Assembly: GCA_038054875.1 (NCBI GenBank)
Contig: JBBUJK010000025.1
Span: forward strand, 1-37,959
Reading direction: 5' to 3'
DNA: 37,959 nt
Origin: Patescibacteria group bacterium
Lineage (GTDB): Bacteria > Patescibacteriota > Patescibacteriia > 2-12-FULL-57-11
Below the pieces are notes generated by a model. It ran no database searches and was not told where the DNA came from. It was given only the letters and a program-made list of their open reading frames with translations. Below are positions 26,329-35,096 of this stretch, one piece after another (position 1 is the stretch's first letter; every line of letters begins with the position of its first letter). A program made the position numbers and the translations under genes.

Positions 26329-27978
26329 CTACGGAGTGCCTCTCCGTTTATCCCTACGCTTCTGTCGTGCCGAGCGAGCATCCGTCTCCGGAGGCGCGTT
26401 CGGTGCAGATGGCACCTTGTCTGGCCTGGGAACGACGACTTCGACGGTCGCATCCCCACGACCCATGGCTTCGTAGCCCACCGTGCTCCGCACGGGTGTT
26501 GGGGCGGCCACACCTCTGGGCGCGCCTGCGACCTCTGCCAGTCCGACACCGGGCGAGGTTTCTGAACCTGCGAGTGGTTCGATGCTGGGCGTACCCTGCA
26601 CCTGGTCGACGTGGATGATCTGCGTTTCCTCGTTCGCCAGCTCGTCGTCTGCATCTTCGCGCGCCGGCCGTCCGCCGCTCGCGATGCTCTGGGCGAGGTC
26701 CGCGTTCGCCTGCTCGAGATCGGCGATCCGTTTCTCGAGCGAGCTCACGGTCTCCTGACGCTCTGTGGCGAGATCGTTGATCTCCACGACCGAACTTCTG
26801 CCGATCGAGGCGACTTCCTCTCTCGCCGCAGTGAGCTCTTGCTCGAGCTCTTCGATGCGCTGTGTTGCAGCGGGCGACGGGTGCAGCTGGGCGCCGACCT
26901 GATTCAGGACGCGTTCGATGTCCTTGCGGGCGGCGTCCGCGACCTTGGTGTCGGTGACCTGCTGCTGGAGCGTTGTGTTCTCGGCCATGAGCGCGATGTT
27001 GCCATCGCGGTAGCCGTCGCGTGCCCTCCGCACCATCTCCGGATTGTCGTTCGGATCAACGGGCATCTGGGCGCGAATGGCCTTCTGCCGTTGCAGCCGC
27101 TTGTAGGCGGTCCAGCGGCGCCGGAGCGCCTTTGTCGCAGGCGGTGTCAGCTCCCAGAGTATCCATCCAAAGGCGATGAGCAGGAGCAGTCCTGCGATCG
27201 CAGCGACGGTGATCGCTATTCCTTGGAGGATGGTAGTGAACCCTGTGTTGTCGCTCGGGACGTCTTCACCACCACCGGTGCCTGTGCCGCCCGTCCCACC
27301 TGTGCCGCCCGCAAGGACGACACCGGCGTCGGGGTTGTATTCCGTATCGCTTGCTGCGATGGCACCGGCGTCGGGCGCCGTGTCCGTGTCGACTTCGACG
27401 ACGGCTGCGGATGCAACCGGCGCATCAACGATGGGATCCTCGTTGACCATGCTGGAGTCTTCGCCGGCCGGCGTGATGCCGGGTGCGTTCATCGCCGCAG
27501 CGATGCGGCGCATGTCACGCGCGATGCCGGGCGTCGTGCGCGTGAGCTCCGCGAGGCGCTGGCTCGGAATCCAGCGCATCGGAATTTCGATGACGCGGCC
27601 GACCGAGCGGCGGATCGAGTATCGGGCGTACGCGTCCGGGCAGTCCTGAAGCGGGGTACGCTCTTCGTCCGGGACCTCCTCCGGCCAGTCGCATCGCGCC
27701 ACCCAGATGACGCGGCGGTTGCCGTCGTAGGCCCGCAGCCGACCGATGTCCCCGGAGCGATGTCGCCCCAGGTAGTGCTGCATGATGCCGCCAGGGCCAT
27801 ACCGACCGTCGTCGGTGGTGAGGTTTTCTCCCTCCTGCACGACGTGACGGATGATGAGCGAGGCTCTGACCGGCGCATCCTCGGCGCTCCGGTCACGGTT
27901 CTGCGCGACCACGGTCCAGGTGACCAGGCCGAAAACCAGTGCCAGCAACGCGGCCGAGGCCGCAGCGATCTTCCTCAT
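26329..27978 (-). CDS. Membrane protein: LysM-like extracellular region, acidic/Gly linker, TM, cytoplasmic coiled coil
   Basis: GGGAGG SD; N-terminal signal/TM; HVVQEGENL...GRVIEIP; PDAG motifs; second TM; heptad-rich C-terminus. Confidence 0.7.
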   Translation of the reverse strand: MRKIAAASAALLALVFGLVTWTVVAQNRDRSAEDAPVRASLIIRHVVQEGENLTTDDGRYGPGGIMQHYLGRHRSGDIGRLRAYDGNRRVIWVARCDWPEEVPDEERTPLQDCPDAYARYSIRRSVGRVIEIPMRWIPSQRLAELTRTTPGIARDMRRIAAAMNAPGITPAGEDSSMVNEDPIVDAPVASAAVVEVDTDTAPDAGAIAASDTEYNPDAGVVLAGGTGGTGGTGTGGGEDVPSDNTGFTTILQGIAITVAAIAGLLLLIAFGWILWELTPPATKALRRRWTAYKRLQRQKAIRAQMPVDPNDNPEMVRRARDGYRDGNIALMAENTTLQQQVTDTKVADAARKDIERVLNQVGAQLHPSPAATQRIEELEQELTAAREEVASIGRSSVVEINDLATERQETVSSLEKRIADLEQANADLAQSIASGGRPAREDADDELANEETQIIHVDQVQGTPSIEPLAGSETSPGVGLAEVAGAPRGVAAPTPVRSTVGYEAMGRGDATVEVVVPRPDKVPSAPNAPPETDARSARQKRRDKRRGTP

Positions 27979-28065
27979 GACTTCCTCCCATTGTGACTGC
28001 CGCACCATGCGGACAGCTACGCTCTGTAAGTACGGGGAAAACGCGGTATTGTCAAGCCTGGTTTC

Positions 28066-28144
28066 ACTTCCCCATCCCCTTCTTCGCAAGAAGGGGCGAC
28101 CCGAGCATTCCCTCCCTCTTGCGAAGAGGGAGATGGAGGGAGTC
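28066..28144. repeat. C/G-rich 'CTT-CGC-AAG' hairpin doublet
   Basis: 28109-28144 is a 35/36-nt inverted match to 34863-34898; second hairpin CCCCTTCTT-CGC-AAGAAGGGG. Confidence 0.85.
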
Positions 28145-28145
28145 T

Positions 28146-28193
28146 AAAAAAAAGAAGACGGCCGCCTTCCACTGGAGTGGAAGATGACCGTCT
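28146..28193 (-). terminator. Intrinsic terminator for the 28213-28845 gene
   Basis: Minus strand AGACGGTCATCTTCCAC-TCCA-GTGGAAGGCGGCCGTCT followed by a T tract. Confidence 0.75.
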
Positions 28194-28212
28194 GCGACTG
28201 TACCCCATGCGC

Positions 28213-28845
28213 TCAGGGAGCGGCGGTGGGATGCCAGTCGGGGGTGAGCGCGCGAGCCAGGCCGAGTGCGTGGTCGAGACAGCGCAGATGCCCCTCGTCC
28301 GTGAGCCCGTCCGGCGTGCCGCAGGGACTCGTGTCGGCCGTGGCGACGACTGCAGGTTCTGCCGCAGATTCGACCGCGGGTGGCTCCGTTGGTCCCGCCG
28401 AAAGCGTGGGAGGCGGAAGCGCCGTGGGTGGCTCTACCGCTGCCACCACGACGGCGGCATCGGCTTCGTCGTCCGTTGCCGCGACCTCGTCGGCCGCTGC
28501 CACGGGCGCTGCTTCCGTGTCGTCCACGACCACGTCGCTCTCGCCGGGATCGTTCGGGTCCGGTACGTCAGCGGAAGGCGGCGGAACGTCGCGACCCCTC
28601 GCGGCTGCGGCGATCTCCCCGTCGCTGTTCGGCCGGTTCATCCAGCCCATGGCGGCCATGATGCCGCCGCCGACGACCATGATTGCCACCAGGGCAATCG
28701 CGATGGCGCCAGCCACGTGCCACTTGTGGCCCGCGAGGCGCGCCTTGAACTGTTGTGTCGTCGATTTCATCCTGTTCCGCCAGCCCTGCCTGGGCGGTGG
28801 AGGCGGGGGAGGCATTCCGGGTACAGACCCTGTTCCAGCTTGCAT
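28213..28845 (-). CDS. Single-TM acidic/Pro-rich hypothetical protein
   Basis: AGGAG SD; poly-Pro N-terminus, TM, low-complexity stalk, C-terminal Cys pair. Confidence 0.6.
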   Translation of the reverse strand: MQAGTGSVPGMPPPPPPPRQGWRNRMKSTTQQFKARLAGHKWHVAGAIAIALVAIMVVGGGIMAAMGWMNRPNSDGEIAAAARGRDVPPPSADVPDPNDPGESDVVVDDTEAAPVAAADEVAATDDEADAAVVVAAVEPPTALPPPTLSAGPTEPPAVESAAEPAVVATADTSPCGTPDGLTDEGHLRCLDHALGLARALTPDWHPTAAP

Positions 28846-28912
28846 CTCGATTCTCCTAACACGACGCCCGCACCCTGTGTGCGGTTGCGTCGAGGGAGGA
28901 ACATATACCAAA

Positions 28913-28941
28913 AGAGCCCTCCCGTCAAGGGTGGGCTCTCT
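28913..28941 (-). terminator. Terminator-like hairpin after rplT
   Basis: AGAGCCCTCCC...GGGTGGGCTCT with a T run on the minus strand. Confidence 0.6.
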
Positions 28942-28952
28942 CTATTCTTCTG

Positions 28953-29300
28953 TTAGACGGCGGCCTTTTTGAGGATTGCCGCGAAGACTGCGGGGTGGTC
29001 AACGGCGAGCGTTGCCAGCACTTTGCGGTCCAGCGCGATGTTGGCTTTCTTGATCTTCCCCATGAGGACCGAGTAGGACATGCCATGCTCGCGGGCTGCG
29101 GCGTTGATGCGCATCTGCCAGAGCGCCCGGAACTCACGCTTCTTTACGCGACGGTCGCGGTAGGCGTAGGCACCTGCTTTGACCGCAGCGGTCTTGGCGA
29201 GCTTCAACTTCGACTTACGCCCCCACTTCATCCCTTTGGTGCGGGCGAGGATGTTCTTGCGGCGTTTGACGTGTGTTGTTCCGCGTTTTACGCGAGGCAT
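28953..29300 (-). CDS. rplT: 50S ribosomal protein L20
   Basis: MPRVKRG, YAYRDRR..KREFRALW..RINAA, LDRKVLA. Confidence 0.98.
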   Translation of the reverse strand: MPRVKRGTTHVKRRKNILARTKGMKWGRKSKLKLAKTAAVKAGAYAYRDRRVKKREFRALWQMRINAAAREHGMSYSVLMGKIKKANIALDRKVLATLAVDHPAVFAAILKKAAV

Positions 29301-29307
29301 AGGGAAA

Positions 29308-29505
29308 TCAGACGCGGATGAACATCGTCTTCACCGAGCGGGTGTAGGCGGCCGAAAGAACGCGGTGGCGGCGCTTGCCTTTGGTGACCTTGCTGCTTTC
29401 GCGGGTATTGAAGTGATCCTGGCCGGCCGTGCGATGCACCACCTTCTTATTCTTAGTGATACGCATCCGCTTGGCACCGGCTTGGTAGGTTTTTCTGGTC
29501 GGCAT
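29308..29505 (-). CDS. rpmI: 50S ribosomal protein L35
   Basis: 65-aa basic protein with KT...AKR.RIT, between infC and rplT. Confidence 0.9.
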   Translation of the reverse strand: MPTRKTYQAGAKRMRITKNKKVVHRTAGQDHFNTRESSKVTKGKRRHRVLSAAYTRSVKTMFIRV

Positions 29506-29541
29506 ACGAAATAGGGGAACGGCGGGATTCTACCGGGAGGT

Positions 29542-30096
29542 TCAGATTTTGGCAATAAGCAGCGTCATGCGGCCGCCCTGCTTGGACACGGGTTGCTCGA
29601 TGCGCACTGCCACATCCTGTTTCACGCGCTCAACGAAACCGTACATGACTTTCTCGGCCAAGGCCGCATGGGCCTTCTCGCGGCCGCGCAGAATCAGTTC
29701 GACCTGCACTTTGTCGCCGTCCTCAAGGAAGACCATGGCTTGGGATTTGCGGATGTCGAGGTCGTGGATGCCGATGCGCAGGGACAAACGCACGCCTTTG
29801 ATTTCCACTTTCTTGGCATGGGCCTTTTGCAGACGGTCTTTCTTTTCCTGTTCGTACTTGAACTGGCCGTAGTTCAAGTATTTGCAGATCGGAGGAACGT
29901 CCTTCGGGGAAATTTCCACCAGGTCGAGGCCGCGCTCATGCGCCTGGGCAATGGCCTCGGCGAGCGGGAGGACCCCGACGTGGACGCCGTTCTCATCGAT
30001 GATGCGGACTTCTGGAACGGCGATTTTTTCGTTGACGCGGAATTTGGGTTCCTCGACGCGCTGTTGGAACTTCCGGCGGTGACGCGAAATGCGCAT
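29542..30096 (-). CDS. infC: Translation initiation factor IF-3
   Basis: VNEKI..PEVRII, GLDLVEISP, PPICK, YGQFKYE, GDKV...RGRE. Confidence 0.96.
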   Translation of the reverse strand: MRISRHRRKFQQRVEEPKFRVNEKIAVPEVRIIDENGVHVGVLPLAEAIAQAHERGLDLVEISPKDVPPICKYLNYGQFKYEQEKKDRLQKAHAKKVEIKGVRLSLRIGIHDLDIRKSQAMVFLEDGDKVQVELILRGREKAHAALAEKVMYGFVERVKQDVAVRIEQPVSKQGGRMTLLIAKI

Positions 30097-30118
30097 TGTG
30101 TGGAATGAAATTATCTGT

Positions 30119-30173
30119 GTAGGGGCAGGCCTTGCGCCTGCCCTGTTTGGGCGACCGCAAGGGTCGCCCCTAC
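30119..30173. repeat. GTAG-type REP inverted doublet
   Basis: GTAGGGGCAGGCCTTGCGCCTGCCC-tgttt-GGGCGACCGCAAGGGTCGCCCCTAC. Confidence 0.85.
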
Positions 30174-30218
30174 GCACGTGTACATCTTCATCTGGGATCA
30201 TCTTCTGATGATCACAAG

Positions 30219-30598
30219 TGGAGATGGTGGGATTTGAACCCACGTCTAGAACTCAGGACCGCGGATGCTCTACGCGCGTAGAACGCTTTGAGAGTCCGGC
30301 GAGCGGTCAAAAGCGTCCAAAAGACGCTCGCCGCAAGCCCCGTGGATCTGACGGCTGCGTCGGGGCCGACGCAGACGCGAGCCTGTAGATGACGTCCGGA
30401 TCCGCTCCGACAGGCGCGGAGCGGGGGACGGTCAGGTCGTTTTTAGGCGACTGACGGGACCAGGCTCGGAACGCGCAATGCGTTCGTCACCTTGGTGAGT
30501 GCGTTGGCACTTCAGAGGTTCCACGGATTGGGACGCGGGTGCCGTGGATCGCGGCGCGCACATCCGGCGGATGAATCCTATCGAATCCAGACATCCCC
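30219..30598 (-). ncRNA. ssrA: tmRNA
   Basis: 5' GGGGATG...GGATTCGA; 3' GTGGGTTCAAATCCCACCATCTCCA with G3-U acceptor pair; predicted tag ORF 30508-30443 ANALTKVTNALRVPSLVPSVA*; directly downstream of smpB. Confidence 0.95.
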
Positions 30599-30614
30599 AT
30601 ATGGAAAGATCTGC

Positions 30615-31094
30615 TCACTTCTTCGGGCGAAGAAGCGCGCGGCGAGTATCACGGTCCACGGCCTTCTTGCGAAGCGCGTCCCGTTTCTCGAATTGCTGTT
30701 TGCCGCGGGCCAGCGCAAGGCGAAGCTTCACGCGACCGCCCTTACTATAGGCAGAAACAGGCACGAGTGTCAATCCGGTTTTGTCGGTTTTCCCGGCAAT
30801 TTCCTGGAGTTCCTTTTTGTGGAGGAGGATCTTCCGGCTCCGGTCCGGGTCCTGCGCGATGCTGGGACCGGCCGGCTTGAAACGGGCGACGTGCGCGCCG
30901 ATCAGCCAGGCCTCGCCGCCGCGCACCACCACGAACGCGCCGGACAAGCGCAAACCACCGGTTTTCGCGGATTTGGTCTCCGGACCGGTCAGAACAATGC
31001 CCGCTTCGTATTCTTGAACGAACTCGTAGTCGCGGCGGGCCCGGCGGTTGTCGGCAAGCAGGTCGGACACAGGCGTAGGGGCGTGATTCATCAC
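30615..31094 (-). CDS. smpB: SsrA-binding protein SmpB
   Basis: NRRAR.DY, EAGIVLTG.ETKS, R.RKILLHKKE, ARGK...KR. Confidence 0.97.
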   Translation of the reverse strand: MMNHAPTPVSDLLADNRRARRDYEFVQEYEAGIVLTGPETKSAKTGGLRLSGAFVVVRGGEAWLIGAHVARFKPAGPSIAQDPDRSRKILLHKKELQEIAGKTDKTGLTLVPVSAYSKGGRVKLRLALARGKQQFEKRDALRKKAVDRDTRRALLRPKK

Positions 31095-31147
31095 GCCCGG
31101 ACAAGTATAGCGTTCCTAGGGCTGTTTTGGTACGCTTCCCATGTCCT

Positions 31148-32191
31148 ATGGCAGAACACAAGCAGGAACTCGTCGTCCACATTTCCACCAAGACCTACCT
31201 CCGCGCGCTGGGAGTCGGCGTGGGCGTCTTTTTGTTGTGGTACCTCTCGAACGTTGTTTTCATCCTACTTCTGTCGATCGTGCTCGCCGCGCTCATCCTG
31301 CCGTTGGCGCACTGGGCGGAGAAACGCCGCATCCCGCGGGCGGTCGCGGTCGGCGCGGTGTACGTCGTGCTCATCGCCATTGTCTCCGGCGTGCTTTCAC
31401 AGATCGTGCCGCCGGTCGTCAGAGAATCAACCGAGCTGTTCAAGAGCGTTTCGGTGCTGATGCGCGAATGGCTGCCCAGCTGGCTCGACTTCGGTAAGAC
31501 GTTCTTGGGTTTCTCCGGGACGACACCGAGCTCGCTGCCGAACATCGGCAGCACGATTTCCGACGCGGCGTTCGGCGCGTTCACCGGCATCCGTGGCGCC
31601 ATCGGTGATGTCATCACGTTTATCCTGGTCCTCGTCATCTCCTTTTATATGGTGGTCGAGGAGGCGGCCATTCATCGGATGCTCAAATCAGTCATCCCGG
31701 CGGAGAAGTACGCAGTTCTCTCCGTGGCGCTCGGGAAGGCCCAGGAGAAGATGGGGCTGTGGCTGCGCGGCCAGCTCATACTGATGCTGATCATCGGCAT
31801 CGTCATCTACGGCGGACTGGCCATGTTGGACGTGAAGTATGCATTGGTGCTCGGTCTGTTCGCCGGGCTCATGGAGTTCATCCCGTACGCCGGGCCGTTG
31901 CTCGCGTTCATCCCGGCGGTGCTCATAGCGTTGTCTGATTCGCCGCTGAAGGCGATTCTCGTAGCTCTCCTCTTCATCATCATTCAGCAGTTGGAGAATC
32001 ACGTGCTCGTGCCCAAAGTCATGCAGAAGGCCGTGGGCATCAACCCGCTCATCTCGATTTTTTCGGTCCTGATCGGCATCCGGCTGGGCGGCGCCATCGG
32101 CGCGCTTGTGGCCATTCCCATTGCCACCTGCGCGATCGTTTTTGTGAAAGACTACCTCGCGCTGCGCAACGGGACGGCGCCGGAACTATGA
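31148..32191 (+). CDS. AI-2E family transporter (PerM/UPF0118)
   Basis: WLRGQL, FIPYAGP, QQLENHVLVPKVM, GALVAIP; multi-TM. Confidence 0.92.
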   Translation: MAEHKQELVVHISTKTYLRALGVGVGVFLLWYLSNVVFILLLSIVLAALILPLAHWAEKRRIPRAVAVGAVYVVLIAIVSGVLSQIVPPVVRESTELFKSVSVLMREWLPSWLDFGKTFLGFSGTTPSSLPNIGSTISDAAFGAFTGIRGAIGDVITFILVLVISFYMVVEEAAIHRMLKSVIPAEKYAVLSVALGKAQEKMGLWLRGQLILMLIIGIVIYGGLAMLDVKYALVLGLFAGLMEFIPYAGPLLAFIPAVLIALSDSPLKAILVALLFIIIQQLENHVLVPKVMQKAVGINPLISIFSVLIGIRLGGAIGALVAIPIATCAIVFVKDYLALRNGTAPEL

Positions 32192-32586
32192 AGTCACCGG
32201 TGAGGATGGCGCAGATCGTGGCGATTGCGGTTGCCGCGCTTGTGCTTATCATCGTCGGTGTGGTCCTCTGGAAGACGTTTGCGTCGAAATCTGCAACGCC
32301 CGGTACGAACGGCCCTGTTCCGATCGCCGCCCAACCGCTCGCCGACTATCCGACCGCATCCAACGAGGCCGTGCAACAATTCTCCGCGGCGCTTTCCTCT
32401 GGCGACGATGCCGCGCTCCCGGCCGCTGCAGAGCGCACCAAGAATGCGCTCATGGGGCTGACCGTTCCGGCTGACGCCCGCGCGTCGCACCTCGCCCTTA
32501 TTCTCGCGCTTTCGCGTTTTGAACAAGACCCGTCTCCGGAGGCGCGCGCCGCGCTCGCCGCCGCTGTCGAGGCATTTTCCCGCTAA
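32188..32586 (+). CDS. Membrane-anchored hypothetical protein
   Basis: ATGA overlap with the upstream stop; N-terminal TM. Confidence 0.7.
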   Translation: MKSPVRMAQIVAIAVAALVLIIVGVVLWKTFASKSATPGTNGPVPIAAQPLADYPTASNEAVQQFSAALSSGDDAALPAAAERTKNALMGLTVPADARASHLALILALSRFEQDPSPEARAALAAAVEAFSR

Positions 32587-32590
32587 GCCC

Positions 32591-33355
32591 ATGCCGCTGC
32601 TTCGGCACATTCTGTCGCTCGTGCCGGGGCTCGCCGCCGCGCTGTTGTTCATCGTCGCACTGCGCGATCCGCTCAACGCGCCTCCGCTGTTTGTGGTTTG
32701 GCTCGTGGTGTTCCTGGTGTCTTTCATCATCGTTTCCGGCAAAGAAGCGCGTCCCGGCGCGTTCTGGTTTTTGGCAGTGCCGCCGGTGGCACTTGTGTTC
32801 GGCACCTGCGCGTTTCTGTTCCTGCTCGAGAATCGCGGCGTCGGTATTGCCGTTGCCGTGGGGACGAGCATGCTCACGGCCCTCTTTGGTTATACGCAAT
32901 TTCTGTTCGTTCGGCAGCCGGCCCGTTACCAGTCCTATTCCTTGGAATCGTTGTCTCTAGCCGCGAATCTTGCCGCTTTCTTCCTGATCGGTGCGTCCAT
33001 CTTGGGTTACGTATCCCTGTTGTCCCTCCCGCAATGGGTCGTGGCTTCCACCGTGCTCGGGGTGGCAGGACTCCTTGTTGCGGAAACGCTGTGGGTGAGC
33101 AAGGTGCGCGGAGAACGTCTGCCCGGACTCGTCATTGCCGGATCGCTCCTCCTGGCCGAAGCCGCGGTTGCACTCCTGCTTTTGCCTGTTTCGTTTCTTG
33201 TTGCCGGGGCCGCGCTCGCCGTGACGTATTACGCCGTGGTCGGCCTTTTGCGCGCGCACGCGCTTTCGGCCTGCGGAGTGCGCGTGGTGCAGCGGTATGT
33301 CGGCGTGGCGCTTGTGGCGGTTGTTGTTATTGTCGGCACGGCCCGCTGGATTTGA
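32591..33355 (+). CDS. Polytopic membrane protein
   Basis: About 8-9 hydrophobic segments; tight operon spacing; ends TARW. Confidence 0.75.
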   Translation: MPLLRHILSLVPGLAAALLFIVALRDPLNAPPLFVVWLVVFLVSFIIVSGKEARPGAFWFLAVPPVALVFGTCAFLFLLENRGVGIAVAVGTSMLTALFGYTQFLFVRQPARYQSYSLESLSLAANLAAFFLIGASILGYVSLLSLPQWVVASTVLGVAGLLVAETLWVSKVRGERLPGLVIAGSLLLAEAAVALLLLPVSFLVAGAALAVTYYAVVGLLRAHALSACGVRVVQRYVGVALVAVVVIVGTARWI

Positions 33356-33356
33356 T

Positions 33357-34397
33357 ATGACTTCGCGTTCCTCTTCTTCTTTACCGCTGATCATCGCGAC
33401 CGCGCTCGTGGCCGCGGCCGCTGGTGTGGCCGGCGCGCTGGTCGTTGCCGCATATGTGCTGCCGCCGTCTGTTCCCGAAGGTGCAGCAGGGACGCGCACC
33501 GGCCGTTCCATACAAAACAGCGTTGATGCCGAAGCGTTATCTCGGGCAGCAGCGGCAACGGTTCGCGTGTATGTGGGAGCTGGCATCAAAACGGCTGCCG
33601 GCATGGTATTTGCGGCGGAACAGCAGCGCGGCGCGGGCGTGGTTCTGACTGCTGACGGGTGGATTGCGGTGGAACGTTCTACCTGGAGCGCCGAGGCAAC
33701 GCTCGTGTCTGCCGCGGGTCATCGTTTGACCGTGGAGCGCAGCGTCGACGCTGTTGCATTCAATCTGGTGTTCCTCAAAACCGACGGACGCGACCTGACC
33801 GTTGCCGTGTTTGGCGACAGCCGCATACTCCAAACCGGGGATGACCTGTTCACTCCTGCGATCGGTGGGTTTGCACCTGTGCCGTTCGTCTCCGCCGCCG
33901 TGCAGGATGGCGCGCCATCTCTTCCAGAAACAACCGCCGATTTCCGGCGCCGCTTGGCCTTGGGGGTCGAAGTGACGCCGCCTGGCGCGCCCGTCTTTAG
34001 CGGCAGCGGCGATGTGGTCGGCGTGGCTCTGCCTGCCAAAACCGGAGAACAGGGGAGAGCTTTGCCCGTGGAAGTGTTGCGCATCGCGCTCGGCCGCGTG
34101 CTTGCGGATCGCGTCGTGGCCGCCACGGACATCGGGGTCCGCGGCCTGCCGCTCGCCGCTATTTCCGTGCCAGACCCGGCATTGGCCGTGCGCGGCGGCT
34201 GGTACGTGACCGAAGTACGCCGTGCAGCATCTGGATTGCGCGTCGGCGATCTGGTCCGCTCCGTCGGCAGCGACGCCGTCACTCCCTCGCGTCCGCTTGG
34301 TGAAATTCTCGCAGAATCCTCCAGCAGTGCGCGGCCGGAACTGCTCGTGCTGCGCGACGGACAGGAACTGCGCATTCCGGTAACGCTCACACCTTAA
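33357..34397 (+). CDS. HtrA-like trypsin+PDZ protein lacking the catalytic triad
   Basis: GAGVVLTADGWI, FGDS..L..GD, GAPVF..SGDVVGV and a PDZ-like tail; His/Asp/Ser motifs replaced. Confidence 0.75.
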   Translation: MTSRSSSSLPLIIATALVAAAAGVAGALVVAAYVLPPSVPEGAAGTRTGRSIQNSVDAEALSRAAAATVRVYVGAGIKTAAGMVFAAEQQRGAGVVLTADGWIAVERSTWSAEATLVSAAGHRLTVERSVDAVAFNLVFLKTDGRDLTVAVFGDSRILQTGDDLFTPAIGGFAPVPFVSAAVQDGAPSLPETTADFRRRLALGVEVTPPGAPVFSGSGDVVGVALPAKTGEQGRALPVEVLRIALGRVLADRVVAATDIGVRGLPLAAISVPDPALAVRGGWYVTEVRRAASGLRVGDLVRSVGSDAVTPSRPLGEILAESSSSARPELLVLRDGQELRIPVTLTP

Positions 34398-34398
34398 T

Positions 34399-34857
34399 AT
34401 GCGTTTCAACACGAAACAGCTTCGTCTTGTCGGCGTGTGTGTCGTGATAGGTTTGGCCGCTGCAGCCGTGTTTATTTTTCTCCAGCCATTGCGTGCCGGT
34501 GCCACGGTCCGGCTTTTGGTGATCCCGCGGAGCGATGCCGCGGAAGCTGGCCATGACGCGCGGGTGTTGGCCGCGGTCGTCAGAAGCACCGACTTTTTCA
34601 CCAAAGTGGCGGCGCAGGACCCACAGATTTCCTGGGCAGATTTTGGCGACAAGGATGCGGACCGTCGCGTTCGCTGGCAGAAAATAATCCATGCTGCGCC
34701 CGACGAAAAAACCGGTCTCCTGACCCTGACCGTGCGCCACCCTGACCGTGCGCAGGCCGGACGCATTGCCCAAGCCGTGGCCGATGTCCTCACCCGCCGG
34801 GGCGGGGAATATCTGGCAGGGAATCCGCAGGTGATGCTCGTGGATCCGCCGCTCTGA
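34399..34857 (+). CDS. Wzz/chain-length-determinant-like membrane protein, possibly truncated
   Basis: N-terminal TM, A.VRLLVI, LA.VV.S..F, TGLLTLTV...D..QA..IA. Confidence 0.6.
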   Translation: MRFNTKQLRLVGVCVVIGLAAAAVFIFLQPLRAGATVRLLVIPRSDAAEAGHDARVLAAVVRSTDFFTKVAAQDPQISWADFGDKDADRRVRWQKIIHAAPDEKTGLLTLTVRHPDRAQAGRIAQAVADVLTRRGGEYLAGNPQVMLVDPPL

Positions 34858-34862
34858 TGTAG

Positions 34863-34942
34863 GACTCCCTCCGTCTCCCTCTTCGCAAGAGGGAGGGATA
34901 CCCGTGTTTCTCCCCCTTGCGAAGGGGGAGTACTGAGGGAGT
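34863..34942. repeat. C/G-rich 'CTT-CGC-AAG' hairpin doublet, second copy
   Basis: CTCCCTCTT-CGC-AAGAGGGAG and CTCCCCCTT-GCG-AAGGGGGAG, enclosed by ACTCCCTC/GAGGGAGT. Confidence 0.85.
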
Positions 34943-35096
34943 AAACTTCTAGCTAAAAACAGGGGCCTTGACCCCTGTTTTCCTGTTTGCTAGGGTCCCC
35001 ACATCGTTGAAAATGGGCGGAAAAGGCCAGAAATAAGCCTTTTTCGTGAGATCGCTGGGGAATGGCCCCTCGGCGACTCGGATACGCCGGGCATCG

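Noticed and set aside
30097-30243. N-terminal extension of IF-3 in the ORF track
   Set aside because: It runs through a REP doublet and the tmRNA 3' end.
30219-30250. Stand-alone tRNA on the minus strand
   Set aside because: The T-arm and acceptor belong to tmRNA; the matching 5' end is at 30598.
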